DNA of 64,000 nt from a virus. A program made the position numbers and the translations under genes. Position 1 is the first letter of the stretch; the number at the start of each line of letters is the position of its first letter. Shown one piece after another: positions 9,429 through 16,510 of this stretch. The stretch spans positions 96,001 to 160,000 of the IMG/VR virus record IMGVR_UViG_3300044729_001198, one strand, 5' to 3'. Under the pieces are notes generated by a model. The model had not been told where the DNA came from. It did not search any database and saw nothing but the letters and a program-made list of their open reading frames with translations.

Positions 9429-9460
9429 CAAATATACGAATTAAATTTTATATTTCCAAC
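9429..9460 (-). promoter_or_regulatory. Bacteroidota-type promoter
   Basis: GTTG-N20-TATATTTG ending 2 nt before the ATG, so the transcript may be leaderless. Confidence 0.55.
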
Positions 9461-10767
9461 TTTGGAGTAGACGATTTGAAATCTTTTTTTCTCATGATAG
9501 TTTTGGCAATTGCCTTGTTGGCTTGTTTCATAAACGGAATGTTGATGTTGGTTCTATCATCGGTAGCTACCATTTGTTCGTATTTCTCAAGAAACTCGAC
9601 AAATTGTTTTTTATGTTTTGATAATCTCTTAAAGAACCCAATCAATTCAGCTTGTGAGATTTCTTTACCATTTCTTGGGTCATTAAGTCTATCAAAGAAA
9701 TGTTTGTCAGTAAGAACTACATCCAATGGATTTAAAAACTTATCAGCAACTCTATCGATGTCTTTCAAATCATCCATAGGGATTTCGTTGATTACACTCT
9801 CACTTGCGCCTGTTTTTGAGAACGTGGGTTTTTGACCTTTCTTTTGTTCGCCACCCTTTTTAGCATCACCCGATTTCTTTTGGTCTGCTCTTTTTCTTCT
9901 TACAAATGCGGCTCTACCATCAGGTCCAAGTTTTGCAGCTTTTTCTTTTGATAAACAAGCAGCATATGCATCTCCATCATCACCATCACCACACTTACCT
10001 AACCTTTGACCATCAGTTCCATATCTATCCCAACCACCACCATCGTTTGAGCCGGTTTTACCTTTACCAAACCAATTTCTTAAATCTTCTTTTAGTTCTT
10101 GGGATTCATTCTTTTTTTTACCTTGACAATGTGCTTTTTGAGAAAACCCTTTTGGATTATTACAATCTATGGAGCGTTTGTATTTCTCACTCCAATCCTC
10201 ATTACGAGCTTTACTTGCTTCAATGGCTTGTAATTGATTCAAAGCATCTTCATATGTGTCATGAGTACCAAGTCTATCACCACCTGATTTTGGGTATACA
10301 ACATACTTACCATCTACTTTTTCAATACGTTCAAACATACCCTTTGTATTGATTTTTCTCCAACCACCACCGGGCATATTAAACAATCTTGCTGGGATTG
10401 GTAGGATTGCTCCTACTTTTAACATCGGATGTTTAACTGGCGTGTGAATTAAACGAGTAAGATACATTCGAGTTTTATTATCAACACCATACAATTCAAC
10501 CTCAACCTCAATCTTTTGATTTGATATTTTGATTGGACCTTTGTACAAACCTTTTGTAGGACCTTCGTTTAAAGTAGACTCGGTAATTTCAGCATCCATG
10601 TATTTTTTATACAACATCATTAAAAATGGTATAAGGTCGTGAACCATCTTTTGTTTTTCAGCTTGATTATTTTTTGATACTATAACCTTGTCAGTAGCGC
10701 TGGGTGGATTATGTACTGCGTTTACAGCTTGTCTTTGTATTTGCCGCTTAGTAACTCGTAATGCCAT
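9448..10767 (-). CDS. Modular probable internal-head polyprotein
   Basis: Short modules (RIEKVDGKY...LQAIEASK; DWSEKYKRSIDCNNPKGFSQKAHC; DLRNWFG...; HFFDRLNDPRN) each preceded by an xxE motif. Confidence 0.6.
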   Translation of the reverse strand: MALRVTKRQIQRQAVNAVHNPPSATDKVIVSKNNQAEKQKMVHDLIPFLMMLYKKYMDAEITESTLNEGPTKGLYKGPIKISNQKIEVEVELYGVDNKTRMYLTRLIHTPVKHPMLKVGAILPIPARLFNMPGGGWRKINTKGMFERIEKVDGKYVVYPKSGGDRLGTHDTYEDALNQLQAIEASKARNEDWSEKYKRSIDCNNPKGFSQKAHCQGKKKNESQELKEDLRNWFGKGKTGSNDGGGWDRYGTDGQRLGKCGDGDDGDAYAACLSKEKAAKLGPDGRAAFVRRKRADQKKSGDAKKGGEQKKGQKPTFSKTGASESVINEIPMDDLKDIDRVADKFLNPLDVVLTDKHFFDRLNDPRNGKEISQAELIGFFKRLSKHKKQFVEFLEKYEQMVATDDRTNINIPFMKQANKAIAKTIMRKKDFKSSTPKLEI

Positions 10768-10838
10768 ATTATATTCTTCCCATTTTTAATAAGTATTTAA
10801 AAATTCATTATCAAGGTATAAAATGGGATTGTAGTTAA

Positions 10839-10985
10839 CTACCTACCTTGACCACGATATAATTTTTTGTAATTCTTCGAATTCTTATTTTTAGACGTTT
10901 TGGTTTTGGCGTGAACGCCTGGTCTGTTAATTTCTTTTTTTTCCACAACATTGATTGTAGAACTTTTAGCTTTTGGTTTTGCCAT
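10839..10985 (-). CDS. Small basic YRGQGR protein (48 aa, not in ORF track)
   Basis: MAKPKAKSSTINVVEKKEINRPGVHAKTKTSKNKNSKNYKKLYRGQGR with an AGGAGA RBS upstream. Confidence 0.7.
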   Translation of the reverse strand: MAKPKAKSSTINVVEKKEINRPGVHAKTKTSKNKNSKNYKKLYRGQGR

Positions 10986-11000
10986 TTTCGAATCTCCTAA

Positions 11001-11828
11001 TTAGAGGTCTACTTCTTCGACCTCAATTTTAATTTTCGGAACGTAGCCCTCTGGTAATCTAACAATGATACCATTGAACTTTTCCACTTTTGATTTAAAG
11101 TAATGTAATGTCAAAACTCTATCAGTCAAGTTTAACATAAGTTGTGATGATGTACTCATTTTGGGAGTATCACGTCTCATGTTCAACGGACTGTCTTGCT
11201 TATATAACTGTTTTCTTAAATTTTGTAATATTCCAATTGGGTCATCGCTGACCTTGTTTGTCATTTTTTCAGCTGACATTTTTCTAATCTTCGAAGACAA
11301 GTAATCAGGTCCTTTTGTGTAACCAGCATCAGCATAATGATATCCATGGTTAGTTCTTACAAAGTTATCTGAATCTATATCTCTAATGTCAATTTTGGGA
11401 TTGTGTTTTGATGTCATCTCAACGGATACTGCTGTTTGTGGATTTGATACCAAAGTATGTCCTTTAACACCACCATCTACTTTAACAACACTTGTTAGGG
11501 CTTTACCCAATGTTTTATGACTCAATGCTTTACGGATTCTAGCACCATCCTTTGAGGGTTTACCACCCTTTTTCACAATCTTCTTTTCATTTTCATCATA
11601 TCCAACCATGAGTGCTGTATTCAAAATACCAATGCCATACTCATTCATACCCTCTGACCAATCGGTTATCATATCACGAAGATAAGCTACTTCAACACCA
11701 TCCACAATTTCATGTACTATTTCTAATTGAGGCATGTAAGCTCGGTCACGGTTCTTAGCCATTACAAGTGTATCACCAACTCTTTTGGCTACAACAATAC
11801 ACTCGTTGATTAGGATGTCTTTCTTCAT
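11001..11828 (-). CDS. Ntn-hydrolase (C45/acyltransferase/choloylglycine hydrolase-like)
   Basis: CIVVA...MAKNRDR...WSEGMNEYGIGILNTAL...RTNH; putative nucleophile Cys10. Confidence 0.75.
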   Translation of the reverse strand: MKKDILINECIVVAKRVGDTLVMAKNRDRAYMPQLEIVHEIVDGVEVAYLRDMITDWSEGMNEYGIGILNTALMVGYDENEKKIVKKGGKPSKDGARIRKALSHKTLGKALTSVVKVDGGVKGHTLVSNPQTAVSVEMTSKHNPKIDIRDIDSDNFVRTNHGYHYADAGYTKGPDYLSSKIRKMSAEKMTNKVSDDPIGILQNLRKQLYKQDSPLNMRRDTPKMSTSSQLMLNLTDRVLTLHYFKSKVEKFNGIIVRLPEGYVPKIKIEVEEVDL

Positions 11829-11831
11829 AAT

Positions 11832-11839
11832 AATAAATA
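11832..11839 (-). promoter_or_regulatory. TATTTATT motif (putative late promoter)
   Basis: Ends 3 nt before the ATG at 11828. Confidence 0.55.
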
Positions 11840-12238
11840 TCAGTCTAAAGCATCTTCCAATGATTTTTTCACTGCAATGCTAAATTCAGTTCTTTCAAAT
11901 GGTAAATTCTCATCTTGGAGTTGTAACAAAGTAGCAGCAACGTTTGTTTTTGCTATTCCCGTACCAAGGTATTCCTTACCATCAATAACTACTTTACTCT
12001 TAACTATTGTTTTTTTTGATTTAAATTCAAATGGCCCGATTCTTAATCCTTGAGTTGGAGCTTCGATTGATAAAATTACAACTTCAACGGGCTTTCCATC
12101 GGGGCATAATTGGTACTTTTCTTGTATCATGTCTTCAGTAATTTGTCTGATACCATATGTTAGTTTTTTCTCGTCTACTCCATTCATACTGGCTAATGAG
12201 GTGACTGCTGCTACGAAATAACAAATGAGTGTGTTCAT
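11840..12238 (-). CDS. Small exported CsgG-like alpha/beta protein
   Basis: The C-terminus GTGIAKT...LPFERTEFSIAVKKSLEDAL resembles that of the CsgG gene (GQGTST...MSFDQSTVGIATQRALEVA). Confidence 0.5.
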   Translation of the reverse strand: MNTLICYFVAAVTSLASMNGVDEKKLTYGIRQITEDMIQEKYQLCPDGKPVEVVILSIEAPTQGLRIGPFEFKSKKTIVKSKVVIDGKEYLGTGIAKTNVAATLLQLQDENLPFERTEFSIAVKKSLEDALD

Positions 12239-12247
12239 GGTGTTTCC

Positions 12248-13912
12248 TTAATATGTTAGTTTTGATTGATAGGTATAACCGGGCGATAATAAATAGAAGT
12301 TAGTAGTTCCTCCCGATGTTGGTGTAAATGTATAATTTGTTGTGATTCCTGGAATTGTAGATTTTAAATTCGTAGTTCCATTAGATAGTGTAGTCCATTG
12401 ACTTGATGTAAACAATAGCGTTTTTTTGGTAAATGACAACCCATTCAGTATTCGTGCTACATGGTATACATCACCCACAGTCACATAACCATCATTGTTT
12501 AAATCACACTTATGATATTGATATGATTTTAGTGGGATTTCACCAATAGATACTTTTGATGGTCCTATAAAATCTGAAGAACTTATATTGGATGAAACCT
12601 TTGGAGTAACGACTTCAATATAATATTGCTTTGATGGGTTATATGTTTTACTAAATGAGTATCTACCATTCACATCAGTAACTATACTATCTTCCATAAC
12701 CCAATCGGTTGTATCAACTATGTAATCAAATTCAATTACATATGGAAGTGAGCTATTTGGTAAATCATTCCATCTACCACCAGATACAAATTGAATATAG
12801 TCCTCACCACCAGCGTTATTTGGTTCTCCACTATTCCAATTTAAATATTTCATCCTACCATACCGATATGAAATACTCATCCAAGCCCTATCAATCTCAT
12901 CGTCTGATAATTTTCTATTAAATATTCTGAAATATCCCAATCTATATTTACCATAAGCACCACTACCCATATTTGTGGATTCGGATTTGGCCAAAGCATA
13001 ATACATACCATTTGAAGAATTACTATGTGGTACTTCCCTATTGAATGTGGACGTTCCAAAGTAAGTGCCATCCAAATAACCCCTTAAAGTAGAACCATCA
13101 TATGTCATTGTTATCAAATGCCATGTGTTCATCGAGATTGTCGTTGATATACTTGATATAGTACCACCCGTATTCCAAAACCCAACTTTCAATGTACCAC
13201 TTGTGGTTATTTCCATAACAGCAGCATGCCAACCACTCGAAGCGCTACCCGTACCAAGCTCGGTAACTAATATACCGGCTGATTCCGGATAACATAATAA
13301 TTGTAAAGTTTGAACCTCTGACACATTAGGAAAACTGCCAGAAACGTCACCTGTTATTGAGTAATCATTTGTACCATCAAATTGTACATAATTACCACTT
13401 GAAGTTGTTAGGGTTGGCCCATTGTACATTGTTGCGTTTTTACTACCAACGTTATCTACTAAAGTTGTAGTGTAATTTTTAGAATCATAATTGTGTTTAT
13501 AATCATCAATATCATTTTCAGTCCATCTCCAACCCCCATTAGGTTCGGAATAAAAAGCACCACCTTTATCTTGATACAGCCCAATCCAACCCGATGGCCA
13601 TGTTCCAAACAAAAAAGAATTTTCACCTGAAGTTGATATTGTTGCTAAATGACCACCCATGTTCTCACATGCGGATTTTGCACTTGTCCAAGTGGAATTA
13701 CTCGTAGACCTATAGTATGAGTGACCATTGTAGTTTGTTTGTGAAGTAAATCCGGTAATATTTGGTATTACTCTACTATAAAGTTTTACAGGTACATTTT
13801 TTACACCAGTATCTCCCTCGGTTCTAATGTATCCGGAATGACTCCAGGTTTGAGAATATCCTTGGATTTGTACTAATAGTATAAAAATAAGAGTTAAAAT
13901 AAACTGTTTCAT
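12248..13912 (-). CDS. Secreted C-type lectin / LamG / dockerin-like protein
   Basis: Signal peptide MKQFILT...; CTLD halves (WTSAKSACENMGGHLATI...WIGL and NWNSGEPNN...WND) split by a LamG domain; C-terminal CDLNNDGYVTVGD EF-hand/dockerin-like repeat. Confidence 0.8.
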   Translation of the reverse strand: MKQFILTLIFILLVQIQGYSQTWSHSGYIRTEGDTGVKNVPVKLYSRVIPNITGFTSQTNYNGHSYYRSTSNSTWTSAKSACENMGGHLATISTSGENSFLFGTWPSGWIGLYQDKGGAFYSEPNGGWRWTENDIDDYKHNYDSKNYTTTLVDNVGSKNATMYNGPTLTTSSGNYVQFDGTNDYSITGDVSGSFPNVSEVQTLQLLCYPESAGILVTELGTGSASSGWHAAVMEITTSGTLKVGFWNTGGTISSISTTISMNTWHLITMTYDGSTLRGYLDGTYFGTSTFNREVPHSNSSNGMYYALAKSESTNMGSGAYGKYRLGYFRIFNRKLSDDEIDRAWMSISYRYGRMKYLNWNSGEPNNAGGEDYIQFVSGGRWNDLPNSSLPYVIEFDYIVDTTDWVMEDSIVTDVNGRYSFSKTYNPSKQYYIEVVTPKVSSNISSSDFIGPSKVSIGEIPLKSYQYHKCDLNNDGYVTVGDVYHVARILNGLSFTKKTLLFTSSQWTTLSNGTTNLKSTIPGITTNYTFTPTSGGTTNFYLLSPGYTYQSKLTY

Positions 13913-15360
13913 AATAATATTTTTGTACCTGTCATTAACTGCCAGTTTAAAACTGACTGATTTAACTGATATACTCCTGCAAAACTTATACTCCATTTGA
14001 ACTTATCCGTAACTTTAAAATCGGTATTAATCATAGGCACCATCAAGAACCCACTTTTATACCACTGTCCCTCATAATAAAATATGTATGGAGAATATAC
14101 TGACAACAATAATACGTTAGCTCCTATAGATTTTCCACCTTTAAAGTTTGTAAATCCACCACCAACTAATGAAAAGTTTTGGAAATTACCTTTACCCAAG
14201 TAACCATATGTGTAGTTTCCACCTATCATCCAAGTTACAGGACCCGTCTTTTGAGCATTTAATAATGATGTTGTATTAAACCAATCCGTTTTAAAGTTTG
14301 TCATAAATGAGTTTGAAAATATACCCATGTATCCATTTTTTTTTAATGAGCCATATAGAGTAACATTTGTTACGTTTTCTCCGGTTTGATAGTTGACGTT
14401 AACACCTTTAATGAATGTTTGTTTAGTATTCAAGTGAGTCATAGATACATTTATCTTGTAGTTATCAAGGCCTGATTCTGAAATATCACCGGAATTTCTG
14501 ATTATTACGATATCACCTGCGCCAATCAAAGCACCCCTACCCACTTTTTCTTGTTTAGATTTAGATTTATTTCCACCGGAAGAACCACCACCACCCTCAC
14601 TCGATTCGGATTCACCACCGGTAGCGGATGCGTTTGTTTGACTTGTACCACCACCTTCAGATGTGGTACTTCCCTCGGAGTTAGGAGTTGTTTCGGATGA
14701 TGGTTGTCCCTGTGAGCCCCCATTAGAACCACCACTCGAAGAACCGCCAGTATTTCCACCACCACTACCACCACCACTATTACCATTTCCACCAGTTGAA
14801 CCACCACCAGAGCCGCCACTTGGAGGTTTACTACCACCGGAATTGTTAGAGCCAGAATTGTTAGAGCCACCCTCTCCACCTTCACCACCTTCGCCATTAT
14901 CATTTGAGTTAGAACTTCCGCCAGATGAGGATGAACTGCCTGACATAGAACCCCCCACACCCCCAGCAGTTGAGGCTGCGCCTGACATTGTACTACCCAT
15001 GGAAGCAGCCATACTTACAATGCCAGTTATTGATGCTACGTTATTAGCTGATTGTGAACCGAGTTGAGTGTTAAAATCGTTTGTTACGGTTTCACCTTGA
15101 CCAGCACATGGGTCGACTCCGGGTGGAAATTGTGCATTAATAGAAGCAACCCAAGCTTCATAAGCACCACCTTGAAGTTCAGCCCAAGTAAATATACGAG
15201 TTTGACCAGCATAATTCATTATTGTGCCAGTACCACTTGGTGGTAGATTTATCGTTTTTTGTTGACCAGTACACGGGTCTATATAACGATAAGTGGACTG
15301 CCCATATAGGGACAATCCACTTAAAAGTAAGATAAATAATATAAATTGTTTACCAGCCAT
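13909..15360 (-). CDS. Exported protein with Gly/Ser-rich stalk and C-terminal outer-membrane beta-barrel-like domain
   Basis: Signal peptide, roughly 150 aa of G/S/N/E low complexity, then alternating amphipathic strands ending in WQLMTGTKILL. Confidence 0.65.
   Translation of the reverse strand: MAGKQFILFILLLSGLSLYGQSTYRYIDPCTGQQKTINLPPSGTGTIMNYAGQTRIFTWAELQGGAYEAWVASINAQFPPGVDPCAGQGETVTNDFNTQLGSQSANNVASITGIVSMAASMGSTMSGAASTAGGVGGSMSGSSSSSGGSSNSNDNGEGGEGGEGGSNNSGSNNSGGSKPPSGGSGGGSTGGNGNSGGGSGGGNTGGSSSGGSNGGSQGQPSSETTPNSEGSTTSEGGGTSQTNASATGGESESSEGGGGSSGGNKSKSKQEKVGRGALIGAGDIVIIRNSGDISESGLDNYKINVSMTHLNTKQTFIKGVNVNYQTGENVTNVTLYGSLKKNGYMGIFSNSFMTNFKTDWFNTTSLLNAQKTGPVTWMIGGNYTYGYLGKGNFQNFSLVGGGFTNFKGGKSIGANVLLLSVYSPYIFYYEGQWYKSGFLMVPMINTDFKVTDKFKWSISFAGVYQLNQSVLNWQLMTGTKILL
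14560..15000. repeat. Gly/Ser low-complexity coding repeat
   Basis: Runs of ccacc/accacc; includes an exact 15-nt tandem (gaattgttagagcca x2) at 14840-14869. Confidence 0.7.
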
Positions 15361-16090
15361 TTGTACTCATTCGCTTCATAAGGTTCATTGTAGCAACCTC
15401 CAAAGCTCTTTGAGTAGCAATTCCGACTGTAGATTGGTCAAAAGACATACTTGGGTTTTTAAAGTAACCTTCACCAATTTGAGTGGATGTACCCTGACCA
15501 GAGGCTACAATGTATTGTGAATTGTCAACATTAACCATTCGGATTTGAATACCGATAATTGTAGTGTTTGTCTTTTGTAATTTACCCTTATCATATTTCT
15601 CAGCATATGAAACTGAAAAGTCATAGATTTCAGCATACACTATGAATTTTGGTAAAGCGATACCTTCCATCTTGATTTTGGTTCGACCATCACCAAGACC
15701 TTGTGCATCCTTTTCCCAAGCATCAAGCATTTGGTTGACTATGGCTTCTTTTTCTTCTGCGTAAATAAATCTATTTGTAGTCTCGAAGTTTTCGATGATT
15801 CTATTCGATACACCCATTCCGAGTCTCTTCTCACGAAGTTCAGGAAAGGATTCCCACAATTCTTTATTTACATTTAAAGTAGCCAACTGAACCACTTGTT
15901 TCTCACCAGTGTATGGTGGTAATGTTTCCAATGGAGCAGCTTTTTCAAATTCAGCTTGATATTGTTGAGTAGATATGGTAGATTTACAACCAGTAACAGC
16001 GGATGAAATGAGAGCGAAGCCGGCAATCATTACGATGATACCAATAACACTAAATAATGTTGAGATAAATTTATCTTTACGAGTTTCCAT
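15350..16090 (-). CDS. csgG: CsgG/HfaB-family outer-membrane lipoprotein
   Basis: Lipobox VTG-C; LGMGVSNRIIENFETTNRF..E...IVYAEIYDFS...IGIQIRMVNVDNSQYIVASGQG matches the CsgG pattern. Confidence 0.75.
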   Translation of the reverse strand: METRKDKFISTLFSVIGIIVMIAGFALISSAVTGCKSTISTQQYQAEFEKAAPLETLPPYTGEKQVVQLATLNVNKELWESFPELREKRLGMGVSNRIIENFETTNRFIYAEEKEAIVNQMLDAWEKDAQGLGDGRTKIKMEGIALPKFIVYAEIYDFSVSYAEKYDKGKLQKTNTTIIGIQIRMVNVDNSQYIVASGQGTSTQIGEGYFKNPSMSFDQSTVGIATQRALEVATMNLMKRMSTNGW

Positions 16091-16497
16091 TATTTACCTT
16101 CACCATTGGCTTCAGCTTTTTCCCTTTTCAATCGAGCAACTCTCTCTGCTACAGTTTCCTTTTTTGGTTCTGGCGCTGGAGTTGCGGCTGGAGCTGCTTG
16201 TTGAACAGGCACTTCACGAACAGTCTCTTTGATAATGGTTTTACCACCACCATTTGAGTTGTTTTGTTGTTGTGTGTTATTGTTTGTCATGTTGATAACA
16301 ACTGGCGCTGGAGCAGCTGATTGACCTTGAACTCCACCTTGTTCAGATACTTGTTCGGTCTTTTCTTTTTCTTCAGTACCAAAGATTTTCTCAACATTTG
16401 TAACTACATAACCGGAAACTACAGTTACAATTGTAGTAACAGCACCAATTACTGTTTTGGTGATGCTTGACATTCCTTCTTTTACTTCTTCACTCAT
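16090..16497 (-). CDS. N-terminally anchored Gln/Asn/Pro/Ala-rich protein
   Basis: TM segment TVIGAVTTIVTVVSGYVV, then NMTNNNTQQQNNSNGGG and AAPAATPAP linkers; coupled to csgG. Confidence 0.6.
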   Translation of the reverse strand: MSEEVKEGMSSITKTVIGAVTTIVTVVSGYVVTNVEKIFGTEEKEKTEQVSEQGGVQGQSAAPAPVVINMTNNNTQQQNNSNGGGKTIIKETVREVPVQQAAPAATPAPEPKKETVAERVARLKREKAEANGEGK

Positions 16498-16510
16498 TTC
16501 GAATCCTTTT

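Noticed and set aside
14526-14960. Val-rich minus-strand alternative-frame ORF
   Set aside because: It is a frame-shifted reading of the GGT-rich Gly/Ser linker of the beta-barrel gene.
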